In this document: in pieces, positions 13,667 to 27,811 of the stretch
How the letters are laid out: each line of letters opens with the position of its first letter
How positions within the stretch are numbered: the stretch's first letter is position 1
Source: Octopus vulgaris
Taxonomy: Eukaryota
Length of the DNA: 64,000 nt
Assembly: GCA_951406725.2 (NCBI GenBank)
Contig: OX597824.1
Span: 11,222,001 to 11,286,000, forward strand
Direction: 5' to 3'
Notes under the pieces: generated by a model
Told to the model about the DNA's origin: nothing
The model's database searches: none
Seen by the model: the letters and a program-made list of their open reading frames with translations, nothing else
Translations under genes and position numbers: made by a program

Positions 13667-14235
13667 ATTACAAATATCTTGGGTCATACATATCATCACC
13701 TGAAAAAGATTTTCTAACTAGAAAGGGTATGGCCTGGTCAGCCTGTAATGATATGCATAAGATCTGGTCATCAAATCTAAGTAGAGATTTCAAACTTAAG
13801 ATCTTCAAAGCCACAGTCGAACCAATTCTACTATATGGCTCAGAAACCTGGACGTTATCAAAGAAGCTTGAGAGGCGGTTGGATGGAACTTACACTCGCC
13901 TCCTTATGAGAGCTCAAAATATCTCATGGAAGCGTCATCCAACCAAAGTACAAATATATGGGGAAACTACCACCTGTATCATCTCTTGTGAAAGGTTGGA
14001 GAGTCCAGTTTGCTGGACATTGTTGTAGAGCTGAAAACGAGGTAATTTCTACTCTTCTCCTCTGGAAGCCATCTGCTCATGATACCAGAGGGCACACACT
14101 CTCCTACCCTGATGTAATCTCCAGGGATACAGGCATCCAGCAACAGGACCTCCGTAATGCTATGATGGACCGTGAAGTCTGGCGTAACATAGTAAATTCC
14201 ATTGTCTCGACCACGGTCGAACAATGATGATGATG
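13667..14235 (+). mobile_element. RTE-clade LINE 3' segment (~570 bp) inserted into an older antisense RTE end (13590-14385)
   Basis: YKYLGS...LLYGSETW...FAGHC...DREVWR, (TGA)n tail, TSD ACCACTT. Confidence 0.9.
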
Positions 14236-14607
14236 ACCACTTCTTCAGATCTTTGTCATCCCCTTCATGAACTTCAGTTCCCTCAGATTGGTTTCCACCA
14301 TATTTCCCCATATCTTCTTCAGTTTTCCTTTTCTGTAGACTTGCTAAATTTGGATTATTTGGTACTTCTTCATCCAACTGTCAGCCTTGTGGAGGCACAT
14401 GGTCTAGTGGTTAGAGCAGTGGACTCACAGTCGAGGGTTCGTGGGTTCGAATCTCACTGGAAAATCAAATTTTCCACTCATTCATGCTCGATAAATTATG
14501 GACCTGACTTGGAAAATAAATTTTTTAAACTGATTGATTATATCTCTTGTGTTTGTGCTATTAATAAATACTACAACCATAAATTGAGAATTTCTATACA
14601 ATTTCTT

Positions 14608-14745
14608 GGAGGCACATGGCCTAGTGGTTAGAGCAGCAGACTCACGGTCGAGGGATCGCGGGTTCGAATCTCAGACCGGGCGATGTGTGTGTTTATGAGC
14701 GAAACACCTAAGCTCCTCGCAGCTCCGGCAGAAGGTAATGGCGAA
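14608..14745 (+). mobile_element. SINE family C head fragment (another at 14390-14460)
   Basis: GGAGGCACATGGCCTAGTGG...GGTTCGAATC. Confidence 0.8.
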
Positions 14746-15597
14746 CATGGTTTCCTTGTTTTAGAAGAATAAATATATTATGGTATACTGTTTTTTGTAG
14801 TCTTTGTGTTAATTTAATAAAAAGAGAAATTTTAGTCAAATACCAATATGCAAGTTAGATAACCTTCTTGTAAGCTAGGCAATATTTTGAATATAGCTAT
14901 AGGAATATCACTGTAAAGTAACAGCTTGAAACAAGTGTCTACTTCTCAAAGAAAACATTGGAAAATAGCTTATGAAGTTATTTGTAACTACAATTGAAAT
15001 TATTGGTTTCTTTAAGACATTTTCACAAGGCAGAAATTCTCTGCAAACAGTTATTGTTTTGTATGTAAACACTAAGAAATTTTGGTTCTCTCAGTTCTTA
15101 ATCTACTAATGTTCTATGATAAAAAAAAAAAACCGAAACAAAACAAACAAAAACAAACACTTTCCACGAATTTCCTCCGTCTTTAATGAAATGCCTCTCT
15201 TCATAAAATGTTTAATTAATAAGTTAGTTATATCATGCTGACGGTTTCTTAAAAGAATGAAATAGTGCTATACATGATTACCAACAGAAAGTTACTAAAT
15301 ATGTGAAGTCTGCGTATCTATAATTTCTTTATTTCAATTTCTAATTTCTAATCCTGCTTCATAACATGAAGCAGGATTAATAGCTGTGACTGTTAGGAGG
15401 ATCACAAGTATATGTTTTTATTTCTCTGAAAGTTTGAAGCTGTTCTTTCTGTTAGCTATGACACATTACCAAAAGTTTAAGGTATACCTCCTGCTAAGGT
15501 ATATTCCACAAGATTAAATAGACTTTAAACACATAAAACATACTTTTTTATATTGAACATTTTTTTACCTCTCATACTGTGTTTGATATAAAAAGGA

Positions 15598-15627
<30 letters not shown>

Positions 15628-15628
<1 letters not shown>

Positions 15629-16880
15629 TTCAGGCTTTGCGCCTATTGTAGAAACAATTATTTATAGCATTATTTACTTCAAGACTCACCATTTCAAACA
15701 AGAATTATTTCAGATTCTTTTGAAATTTATAAATTCTTATGACATCGATGTGAAAAATATGATTTTAAATGTAGCTAAAATGCAGTTATAGTTTTGGAAT
15801 GGAGACAGCTTTCGCTAATTAGTGTAATTATGAAGCTTGGCTACAATGATAGCAAGCAGATTAATAGCTTATAAATCTTAACAGCTGAGTGGTTTATTTC
15901 AGTATAAAAGATTTTGAAGTAGCCTGGCTCTACAAGTAAAATTATGGATCAGTTAGACCATATATTAGGTTGTCCGGAAAGTTCATGCCGATTTTTAAAG
16001 GAAAGAAAAAGGTCAATAAATACTTGCCATTACATTTTTAATCGACCAAATATGAACCATTTTGTTGCACAATGCGTCTCCATCTTTCCTTTAACTTGAA
16101 AATACCCTCTTCCCAGAATTGAGGTGGTTTCATGGCAAAGAATTCATCAAGGTATCTTTTTACGTCATCTAAGGAATTGAAACTTTTACCATTAAGACTA
16201 TTCTGCAGAGACCTGAATAAATGGAAATCCGAAGGAGCAATATCTGGTGAATATGGAGGGTGAGGTAACACATCCCAGTCGAGCTGCAGCAATTTTTGTC
16301 TGGTTCCCAAAGCATCAAGTGCCGAAAATTAACTTTCTTATCTTGCCATTTTAAAGGGTTACAGAATTAACACAGGTTATAGGAACATAAACCTTCTTCC
16401 ATGAAAAGATAGCTTAAACTGTGCTCTAAATGGAGGTGTAGTCAAAAACTATTTTATGGACTCAACCATGTTCTAAAATAAGTTGAATGGTAAGCTACTA
16501 TAAATCGGCACAAACTTTCCGGACAACCCAATATTTTAATATTTGTAACAATACATAAAATTTCAATCCTTGTGCCTATTGTAGAAACAATTATTAATAG
16601 CTTTATTTACTTCAAGATTCACCATTTCAAACAAGAATTATTTCAGAGTCTTTCAAAATTTATAAATTCTTGACATTGACATCAAAAATATGATTTTAAA
16701 TGTAGTTAAAATGCAGTTATAGATTTGGAATGGAGACAACTTTTGCTAATTACTGTAATTATGAAGCTTGGCTATAAATCTTAGTAGCTGTGTGGTTTAT
16801 TTCAGTATAAAAGATTTTGAAGTAGCCTGGCTTTATAAGTAAAACTATGAATCAGAACATATGTTTTAATGTTTGTATCA
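15628..16880 (+). repeat. Old tandem duplication (~15628-15960 vs ~16561-16860) interrupted by the mariner
   Basis: Colinear similarity by eye; copy 2 lacks ~27 bp. Confidence 0.85.
15965..16531 (-). mobile_element. Internally deleted mariner transposon
   Basis: ~30-bp TIRs TT.GGTTGTCCGGAAAGTT..TGCCGATTT, TA TSD, HPPYSPDIAPSDFHLFRSLQ motif. Confidence 0.95.
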
Positions 16881-16896
16881 AGTATTGCAACAAATG

Positions 16897-16936
<40 letters not shown>

Positions 16937-17204
16937 TTTTTTTTAATTATTGGTGGAGAATCATCATCATCATCATCATCATCGTTTAACGTCCGCTTTC
17001 CATGCTAGCATGGGTTGGATGGTTCAACTGGGGTCTGGCAAGCCCGAAGGCTGCACCAGGCCAGTCAGATCTGGCAGTGTTTCTACAGCTGGATGCCCTT
17101 CCTAACGCCAACCACTCCGAGAGTGTAGTTGTAAAAAAGAACATTCCTATTTGTTGGTTGTTTATCAGTCTTTTTTATGTCATTCCATGCTTGTACATAT
17201 ATGC

Positions 17205-17930
17205 TCTTTTACTCTTTTCTTTCAGCCATTTGACTGCGGCCATGCTGGAGCACCGCCTTTAGTCAAACAAATCGAACACCAAGACTTATTCTTTGTAAGC
17301 CCAGTACTTATTCTGTCAGTCTCTTTTGTCGAACTGCTAGGTTACAGGGACGTAAACACACCAGCATCGGTTGTCAAGCGATGTTGGGAGGGGAGGACAA
17401 ACACAGACACACAAACATATACACACACACGTATATATACATATATGTATGATGAGTTTCTTTCAGTTTCTGTCTACCAAATCCACTCACAAAGCTTTGG
17501 TTGGCCTGAGGCTATAGTAGAAAACACTTGCCCAAGGTGCCATGCAGTGGGATTGAACCCAGATCCATGTGGTTAGTAAGCAAGCTTCTTACCACACAGC
17601 AACTCCTGGTAATTTTATGCTTTTTTTTCCCCAAGAATTGCAGGCATGGCTGTGTGGTAAGAATCTTGCTGTCCAAACACATGGCTATGGGTTCAGACCC
17701 ATTGTGTGGAACCTTGAGCAAGTGTCTCTGAAAGAAGCCGGTCATATATATATATGTGGTGGGGGGGATGTCCCCTACCCCTGCTTGACAACTGGTGTTT
17801 ACATCCCTGTAACTTAGCAGTTCGGCAAAGGTTTAAAGAAAAAACATAAACACCAAGGTCAATTCATTAAAAATTTCTTCAAAGCAGTGCCCCAGCATGG
17901 CCACAGCAGATGACTGAAAAAAGCCAAAGA
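17205..17930. mobile_element. Two head-to-head SINE family B copies (17205-17606 minus, 17641-17930 plus)
   Basis: Similar to 6786-7186. Confidence 0.8.
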
Positions 17931-18000
17931 ATTGCATATCTGATATTCAACAATTTCAAATTGGTGGTATTTTAAAGTTGATTGATCTAAAAACAATATA

Positions 18001-18216
18001 CAGGGTGGCCCAAAAGTAGGTTTATAGTTATTCAACTATCTCTTTCACATTCATATATTAACAGTTTAGATCTTAATTAATTATTAAAAAATATGAAACT
18101 ATTATTCTATGCTAATTCAGTTAATTGTAAGATAGAAATTTAAATGTAATAAAATGTTTTAAAAGAAATTTAAAGTGCCTACGTGATAACTGTAAACCTA
18201 CTTTGGGGCCACCCTG
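18001..18216. mobile_element. Tc1/mariner MITE
   Basis: TIR CAGGGTGGCCC.AAAGTAGGTTTA.AGTTA, TA TSD. Confidence 0.9.
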
Positions 18217-18593
18217 TAGAACAGTAGGACCAGAGTTGATTGAAATTGCTGGGAGTTTTACTGCTGGATACCCCAATATAATTATGGCATGTTTTTCAAA
18301 GTAGCTCATCTAAATTTCTTACCAAACAACTGTTTATTCATCAATCATTGAACTACCACTCAAACATCCAACAGTTTGCTTTGTCACTCTTTATTCTATC
18401 ATTCACTCTGGATAATTAATTTACAGATTTTACAAGAATATAAAGACTAGGCATGATGTGATGGTAAATTATGATGATGATGATGGTGATGACAGTGATG
18501 ATGATGGTGATGGTGATAATGGTGTTGATGATGGTTGTTGTTGTTGTTGTTAAGCAACAAGACGGGTAAGGGTCATTAGGTGATGGTCTAGGG

Positions 18594-18813
18594 CAGTGGT
18601 TTTCAACCAGGGTTCCTCGGAACCTTAGGGTTCCGCCAGTACAGTCCAGGGGTTCCACAAGAAGTTACAAAACTGCTAAAATTGGCAGTAATTTTTAATT
18701 CTCCTGTGCAGATTATGTGTGCATAAGACTATTGAATTATTGCACAGGGGTTCCTCGAGCCAGTGGAATGTTTCCTTGGGGTTCTGCTCCAGCAAAAAGT
18801 TTGAAAAGCACTG
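18594..18813. mobile_element. hAT (Charlie-like) MITE
   Basis: TIR CAGTG.TTTTCAA; 8-bp TSD (G/T)TCTAGGG. Confidence 0.85.
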
Positions 18814-19663
18814 TTCTAGGGCTTAGGGGTGGGAGACCCCAGACCTTGGGAAAAAAAACAAAAAAACATTAGTCGTCTTGTTGTAGTCGAGGGCTCTTCA
18901 TTAACGCCCGACACCACTGGGAGGTGTCCCTCGAAGTCGCTGGAAATGGAGATCTCCAGGTCCAAATTCTTGAACGGCTGTTGATGATGGTGAGGATGGT
19001 GGTGATGATTATGATGAAGAAATTTCAAAATTTCAGAGCAGGAAAAAAAAAAAATAAATAAATAAATAAAATAAAAACAACTACAAGAAAGTAAAAAGAA
19101 TGGAAAAAATTTTAATATCAAAACAAAATCTTCATTTGAAAATTGTCAATAAAATACAATATTATCACAGTATGACATGGTTCACCTTAGAGCTTTGTTA
19201 CAACAAATATTTTACATAGAATAAACAGTGTAATTTACATTGTTCCACTACTGTTGTATATACTGTTGTTATGACTAATGAAAGGTTTTATAGAGAATTA
19301 GAAAAGCTAAGGGGTAGTTCAAAGTATGAAAACCATGTGTGCATGTATGTGTCTGTATTTATATATGAATGTGTGTGTGTGTGCATGTAATTATTAGTAT
19401 ATGTATGTGTTTTGTATGAATGCCCATACTTTCTATATTTTCTAAAAATTTCAATAGTGATTATCATTACTATTATTATTATCATTATTATTATTATTAT
19501 TATTATTATCATTATTATCATTATCATTATTATTATTATTATTTGCTTCTTTTTACTTTCAGATTTTAATACTCCACCCTCTCACTGAAAGGAAGATTTT
19601 GTCTATTAATTACATAGATAATCTCTCTATATTGACAAAAATGAAACCCTACTGTGTGTGTAA

Positions 19664-19728
<65 letters not shown>

Positions 19729-19805
19729 CACACACACATGTACTCAAGTGTATGTATACACACACACTATATACATACATATATATATATATGTGTGTGT
19801 GTATG

Positions 19806-19899
<94 letters not shown>

Positions 19900-19920
19900 G
19901 TATATATATATATATGTATG

Positions 19921-19957
<37 letters not shown>

Positions 19958-20571
19958 TATCCCACAGGACTAAAAATATATTTCTTCAAGGAATTATTTA
20001 AAAATCATTTTCTCCTTATTCTCTTCTAAAATTCAATTTTACAGAATTTCCCTTGTTCATAATCTACCATATTATTTTGGCTTTTGTCCAAATTCCTTAG
20101 CTGTATGGCTTGCTAGTTTCCAATCTTCATATCAAAACGAACTTGACTAATATTGGTCATCTGTAAACCACTTACACTGCAAAATCTTTAAACTTTAACC
20201 CCAGTAAGTGTTTTAGTTGAATTCGGTCAAAAATGTTTGGCATTCATAACTTTATATTTGATTTAAAACAAGCGAACAAACCTGACCAATGTATACAGTA
20301 CTGGAACTCTTATCCAGCTTCCAGATATCTGGAAATACTGTGCAATATCATGCAATATATCCTGTATTGAGTAAAGTGAGCCTATTTTTGAAATTGGTTA
20401 ATTTGTATATGGTGTAAGAATAGTTTTGTTCTTTACTATTTTAAGTGGATTGATAAAAATTAAACATACTCTCCTTTAGAATTGTATTAATTTGTGCTTG
20501 TATCTGCTAAATAATGTCATGTTCTTTACTTTTCTACTTTTAATTTTCATCGTATAGAAATTATACCATAC

Positions 20572-20962
20572 TGTCACTTCACTGCTCATCAAACATTTAA
20601 AAGTCAATTGCAATTAATCTAATGAACCTGTTTCTATGGGAAGCCAGGTATGTCTACATTCACTAATAATATAGTTTTCATTTATATATTGTATTTATTT
20701 TAGGTGAGAAGGAGAGTATTATTTCCTGAAAAATATCACAATTTTTGTTTAAATAAATACATAAAATAATTAAGTTGGATATCAATATATTTTCTATTTA
20801 ACAAATTATCACCACAAATTGCTATTTTAGACAATTTTTTTTTTTAATCAGAGAATATTATTTAATTAGTATACAATTTAAATCTTTAATCAAGTCACAG
20901 GAATATATTAAAAATTGGCAAATATATGTATACAAGTTTATGAAATTTTGTAATGTATAAGT
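20572..20962 (+). repeat. ~390-bp near-identical direct duplicate of 22938-23333
   Basis: Only a few differences by eye; lies within an old CAGTACTGGA-ended element (~20296-21164). Confidence 0.9.
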
Positions 20963-23559
20963 ATGATGTATTTTAAGTGGAGTAATTTATATCAGACAAA
21001 TCCTGATTTAGAATTTGAATCTGTTAGGTACAATTTAACTCTTTACTTTTTATAGTTTAATTATATTTTAAGTATATATTTAGACCGTCTCCAGAATGCT
21101 AGAAAATCCAGAAATCCAGGACACTTCCAGTTCCAAGCTTACCAAATAATCGATCCAGTACTGCATACATTAATTTGTTTAGTTTTACTACAGGTATAAT
21201 TAATTTATTGTTACAAAGACAGAAAATATCATATGGATATTTAACTTTCATATAAATTTAATTTCGTTAAAATTTTCCCTCAAACATTGTAGCAGACAAA
21301 ACATATCTTGAATTATTAAATGAAACATTGCAATATATTTTAAAATAAATAAATAACTGATGATATATAAAGAAAAAAACACACACACAAAAAATGTACA
21401 ATGATAATGATAACAGATTTGGATTCAATTAACATATCGATTGTTTTTTAGGAATTAAAAAAAATATATTTTATCATGTCTAAAATCTCAACATTTTTTG
21501 GAGTATAAACTTAGTAAACTAGTAAGAATGAACATTTTTGAAAGTAATAAGGAATTGATAGCAAGCTAGAAATGGGATTCACTTTCCTTGTTTAACCATT
21601 TGTTGCTATATTTTTGTTGAAAAACCCTACTTTTGTTTCAACTAATTTTAGTAAAATAACTGTTATTAATAAATTGATGTTTAAAAAATAAACTAACAAG
21701 AAATATTGATGCACAGTCTTAATTCAGATTACTTTAAGAAAGAAAGATTGTATCATAGAATGAGGGGATGGTCTCACATGGGTTGGTATCAAAAGGGTTA
21801 AACTACAACATCTTAACAGACATGTTATAAAGGTTTGCAATATTTCAAGTGAACATATTACTTTTCAAAACAAAATTTTTTTTTTAAATGTTTTTTTTTA
21901 TCAAATTTAATTAAACCCGTCACAGTTGAGAAATTGAAATTATATGAAGTCTGGGAGAGAGAAATAAACTTTCCCATCCTCCAACGATAGCTCTGGAACT
22001 GACAAAAAAAAAAAGATAGGTATCTGCTATGCATTATATAATTCAAATCGTAAAGATGGCAAGGACCAAAATTGAGAATATTGGCTGAATTTGTACATAT
22101 TTCAAATTTCATATTTCTAAAAGACTCCAAACATTTGAGAGTAATTAAATTAACTTTATGACATAAATGAAATAAACATAGCATCTGTGAAAAAAAAAAT
22201 TACATAAGCTTCTTTGTATAATTTATAAGGAATGGAAGTCAGTGTATTTTAGTCAAGTAGACTAATAATCTGGGAAAACTAGAGCATTGTAAGGTATGCA
22301 AATATTTAAAAGATGGAAGTGGCATAGCTCACAATTCAACATTTTTATTTTTAATGCATCAAAGTATAAAATGGCCATGTGGAATTATCATATGGTTTAT
22401 TGAGATCACTTGAGGCCTTGCTTAGTTGAAATGACCTCAGTTAGGATTCAGCTGTTGAAAATTCATAATTTATTTAATCAAAATACATGGAATGTTTTAG
22501 AAGATAACAAACACAACAAAATTCTAATAAATATTTAACATTGATTTTCTTTGCTTTCTCATGCAAGACTCTGCAACATTACTGTTCTGTAATATATATA
22601 TAAAGAGATGTTATAGTTTTAGTTTCATGCAAGTATAGAAAATACAAAATGATGTCAACCTCTTCAAATTTCAGTGTACAAAGATACACTGCAAAGTTAG
22701 TAAACAAATACAGCTTTATATTTTACAGCTATTGATAAATATATATACACACACACTCATACACACACAAACATTTTCAATGACATTGACTTTCTCAAAT
22801 TGCGGCCTATGTCACCTCGAGAAAGTCCATATTTGGTGATAGCTTTAAATGGAAGCTTATTAGAAGTTGCTGTTGACTCAAGCAATGAACCATTGAGAAA
22901 AAGGACAATTTTATAGTTTTTTTCTCTGCCAACCTTTTGTCACTTCACAGCTCATCAAACATTTAAAAGTCAATTGCAATTAATCTAATGAACCTGTTTC
23001 TATGGGAAGCCAGGTATGTCTACATTCACTAATAATATAGTTTTCATTTATATATTGTATTTATTTTAGGTGAGAAGGAGAGTATTATTTCCTGAAAAAT
23101 ATCACAATTTTTGTTTAAATAAATACATAAAATAATTAAGTTGGATATCAATATATTTTCTATTTAACAAATTATCACCACAAATTGCTATTTTAGACAA
23201 ATTCTTTTTTTTTTTTTATCAGAGAATATTATTTAATTAGTATACAATTTAAATCTTTAATCAAGTCACAGGAATATATTAAAAATTGGCAAATATATGT
23301 ACACAAGTTTATGAAATTTTGTAATGTATAAGTGAATATAGATATGAGATTATATTTCCTGTGTTCAGTATATATGATAGCCATGAGAGACAATTTCAAT
23401 ATATATGGAATCTTTCAGCTTTCAATTTCAAAAATAAAATGATACCAGATGCAAAAATGACCCTTCTAAATATCTGTCATTAGGCTGATGGTCTGTAGCC
23501 TTCCTTGAAATTTAAATGAGTAAAAATGATTATTTTTCTTAATGGGAATTATAGTGTTA

Positions 23560-23870
23560 TGTCATCATCATCATCATCATTGTTTAACGTCCGTTTTCTG
23601 TGCTAGCATGGGTTGGACAGTTCAACTGGGGTCTGGGAAGCCAGAAGGCTGCACTAGGCTCCAGTCTGATCTGGCAGTGTTTCTACAGCTGGGTGCCCTT
23701 CCTAATGCCAACCACTCCATGAGTGTAGTATGTGCTTTTTAAGTGCCACCGGCACAGGTGCCAGGGGAGGCTGGCAGCGGCCACAACCAGTTGGTGCTTT
23801 TTACATGCCACAGGCACAGAAGCCAGTCAAGGTGGCGCTGGCATCGACCACGTTCGGATGGTGCTTTCCA
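23560..23870 (-). mobile_element. RTE-tailed SINE/LINE 3' end with TGCCACCGGCAC minisatellite (also 16962-17130, 38570-39090, 49320-49450, 56585-56970)
   Basis: (CAT)n GTTTAACGTCCG..TTCCATGCTAGCATGGGTTGG shared between copies. Confidence 0.8.
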
Positions 23871-26105
23871 CAAGAGAGAGAGACAAGGAAAACATTTTTT
23901 TATCTAATCTGAGAAAGCATGTTAATAGATTACTGTTGTTGATTAAAAATTGAAAGTGGGTCAATCAACCAGCATTTTAAAGTTGAGGGCTTTTGTTTTA
24001 GCTATTTTATTTGACCTATTTTTCTCAATATGTTGCCTTTCATTTCTTAATTAGCACCATAGGATATTAAACAGGAAGCTTATAATAAAGTCTATTACAA
24101 ATACTCTATTTTCATTGTAGGCAAAAAACTTCATTATAGGAAAATATTGATTTCAACCACAGATGACAACGCTTCAAATTTGGGGAAGTATATAGTAGTA
24201 CAGTTGATTAATTTGACACCAATACTTGACTGGTGTCAAATTATTGACTCTGGAAGGATGAAAAGTCAACCGTGAAACCGGAACTCGGCTCTGAATGAGA
24301 TCTTAAAGCAATGTTTCTAAATACCACAAAGCAATTTGTTCATTAGCCTATTAATTTTGCTAATTGCTTTTGTTACATATTATTCTGTGTTCTGAATACT
24401 TTTATTTTAATAAATGTTGCTTACTGCAAGTTATGGATGATTCTTTTATGACTTCATTGCTTTCAGGCTTAGCTTAAGGTGTTTTCGTGCCTGACATCAC
24501 AAAATGCGTCTGAATAAACATTGCCGGACAGCAAATAGAGACTCGGACATTGTTTAGAAAATATCTTTCATTTTTAACCTCGTATATAGTATGCACTAGG
24601 GATTTTGACCTTTAAATTTGGGGGGAAAACTGCAGATTATACTCAAGGATTTATGGTATCTAGGTGCATACAATAGTTTATATGCTTCAACATGTTGTTC
24701 TAATGAACAAGTTATTTACACCTAACCTTTGATCAAAAAACCTACAATCAAATACATTTTGGCTGCTACCATTTTGTATTTTGTACTCAGATATAATATC
24801 CCAATGCTATACTATACCCAACTCAGTTGAGGGGGTCTTGTATTGTGGCTGCTTGGTGACCTCACTAGTGCTGGTGTCACATAAAAACTACTCAGTACAT
24901 CCTGTGAAGTGGTTGGCATTAGGAAGGGCTTCCAATTGTAAAAACCATGGCAAAGCAGACCAGTGAATGGAACAGCCCTCTGGCTCATCTGTTCATGTTG
25001 AACCATCCAAGTGATGCCTGAAAAGGGGGACATTAAATGATGACGATGATGATAAGTGAGACTATATTATGCAACTTGTCCTTTCTTTTTTTTATGACTG
25101 TAGACTGTAATTTGAAAGTGATTTAGCTGCTATTTCTTGCAACCACTTGAAAACTTCCTCATTGCCTCGTTGATTAGCTATTGATAGTCAACTAGACAAG
25201 AACAGTGTCAGTTTTAAGTCATAAATAAGATAGTTATAAATAAGGAATCAAACCAGAGGTTGTGACTTGGGTCTTCCTCAACCACTCCTCTCTACTTTAT
25301 TGTGCTCGTCTCTGTCACTTAAATATTATAAATAACTTCCTTGTATTAGTACTAAAGATTTCTTCATCAAGATGAATTATGTAGAAATAATTGTTCAGCT
25401 CAGAGACATTATAGACTTCCTGTAATGGTCTATGATACCATCACATCATGATTTATTATCAGTAATTAAATATATTAGCCATTTAAACACCTCCACCACC
25501 AATTCTAGGAAATGCTTGCTAAGCTATCATTTAGAAAAATTTTTTCTGCTTTTTTTTTTTTTGTTTTTATAAATTAATAAATCATCTTATAAATATAAAT
25601 GAATACTAATTACTGCAATATAATATTTACACCATCCATTTATTTAACTTCACTGAATTGACCAAACTGTCAGATGTCGTTATATATTGCTAGTAACGGA
25701 GTGTTTCCTTTCATTGTAACATCTTTTGAATGATGCCACTCCATTGGCTAAGCGGGGAGGCCAACATTTTCCCAGAATAGGATTCTAGTCTGTTGCAGGG
25801 TTACCCATTAATAGCTTAGACTGGAGCAATGTGAAATGAAATGTTTTGTTCAAGAATACAAGGCACTGCCAGTCTGGGAATTGAAACCACAATTTTTTGA
25901 TTCTAGGTTCAGCACTCTGACCACTTGGCCGTATGCCTTATTCAACATATTGATCCATAATTGAAGCACAATGTGTCGAAGACAACTATCCTGTAGTTTT
26001 CAATAAAACTGCTTCAAAATATTTGATATTTGTTATGAATCAATCGTAATTAAAGAAACCACATAATTAAAACAAAATCTGATACTTTAAAAATACTGAT
26101 GTTGG

Positions 26106-26387
26106 CACTGGCTCGGGAGTGAAATTTGTTTAGGGGGTGCAAATCCAGGTCCAACATTTTTTTACAAACAAGGTCTTATTGTTTTTATTTATTTATTTAT
26201 TTATTTATTTTTGTTTTTGTTTTCTTTGAGAAGAAGCATAACTTCAAGCTACTTTTCACAGATCACTTTTTATGCCGTTTTTACGTCTGTGAAACGTAAG
26301 TAGGGGGTGCAAATTTTGATTTAACAGCCACCAAAAATTTTAGGAGGTGCGCTTGCATCCACTGCACCCCCTGTTCCTGGGCCCATG
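26106..26387. mobile_element. hAT-type MITE
   Basis: 8-bp TSD GATGTTGG (26098-26105, 26388-26395); short imperfect TIRs; internal GGGGGTGCA repeats. Confidence 0.75.
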
Positions 26388-26950
26388 GATGTTGGAGAAT
26401 GAAGTAAATGATTATCTGCACTCAAATCTGAAACTGCTAATTGACAAAGTCTATAAAATCCATAGGAAAAGAAAAATGGTTTATGCTTCAAGACCAAAGC
26501 AATAAATTAAGTACAAGTTTCACTCTTAGAATTTAAAAATCCATTGTTTTTCTCAGCAGATCCTTATACACCTGCAATTTCCCCCAGGTGCTAAAATAAA
26601 CATTCCCCACCTCCGCTTTGAGAAGATCAACTCATTATTTCTTTCTGTCTTTTTCTGACAATCTGATTTGTTGAGTTAACTTAGAATATTCTCATCTTAC
26701 ATTCACAATGACTGCTTTTTTTTTTGTTGTTTTGTGAATGAGAAAGGGCGACAGAGTAAACGGGTAGGTGTAGCAGTAATATAAGTGGGTTGAGCACAGA
26801 TCTTTCCCCCCACCATTTATTATTATTATTAATACTACTTAATTTGGGAAACCATACGGTAACAACATTTCAGCTTAGAAATGTGATCCTAATAAATTAA
26901 CCAGATGCTACAAACTGTAAAACATAGCTAGTCTAACTCTGTACTATCTC

Positions 26951-26969
26951 AGTAGTAGTAGTAGTGGCG

Positions 26970-27028
<59 letters not shown>

Positions 27029-27038
27029 GGTGGTGGTG

Positions 27039-27103
<65 letters not shown>

Positions 27104-27142
27104 GGTTGTAGTAGTAGTAGTAGTTGTGTAGTAGTGGTGGTG

Positions 27143-27192
<50 letters not shown>

Positions 27193-27201
27193 TGGTAGTA
27201 G
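26951..27201. repeat. (AGT/GGT)n microsatellite
   Basis: Direct reading. Confidence 0.95.
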
Positions 27202-27493
27202 TTTCTACTATAATCTTCATGGAATTGGAGTGGTCATGGCTGGCAGCATCTTTCTGATGACCGCCCTTTCTCTTCTTGGGTCAATATTGCATCACAGGGA
27301 ATAGCATTAAATTTTCAATGCCCCAGTCCATAATTATGTGAATAAGAAACGGCAAGAGGGAAGTTTACAGTGCTGGTATTTCGTTAGCTGACAGTGCTGA
27401 ACAAAGTAAGGTTTCCACTGGGTTTATCTAATACAGAAAGAAGAAGAGAGATAGAGAGAAACAGACATATATATATATATATAATATATATAT

Positions 27494-27550
<57 letters not shown>

Positions 27551-27747
27551 CAGAGGCATTTGTATCTTTTGATACATTTGCATAGGGACAAAGTGTTCAG
27601 TGAGGTCCCAAGAATATAATGTAAAGTGTAGGTACCTCATGGACAATGAAGTGGTATTTTTTTTTAAAGACAGATACACTACTTAGATGTGAGCAAAATC
27701 TTTCCTTGGTTAGGACAACAGTCTACCGCAGGTGACATTCTCAGATG

Positions 27748-27811
27748 ATCTGGTACCTATTCCTCACATCTGGTACCTATTCCTCACATCTGGTACCTAT
27801 TCCTCACATCT
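27748..27811 (+). repeat. 3 x 20-bp perfect tandem repeat ATCTGGTACCTATTCCTCAC
   Basis: Direct reading. Confidence 0.95.

Noticed and set aside
18860-19020. CpG-rich patch / His-rich ORF
   Set aside because: Ends in TGA repeats; probably an old LINE 3' end, not assignable
19563-19659. Plus-strand exon candidate with good AG/GT
   Set aside because: Peptide unrecognised, donor arises within a TG repeat, no partner exons found
22951-23013. Plus-strand exon candidate
   Set aside because: Stops in all three frames
20572-23333. LTR pair
   Set aside because: No CA end, TSD, PBS, PPT or coding interior
27748-27811. CRISPR-like repeats
   Set aside because: No spacers; simple tandem repeat in eukaryotic DNA
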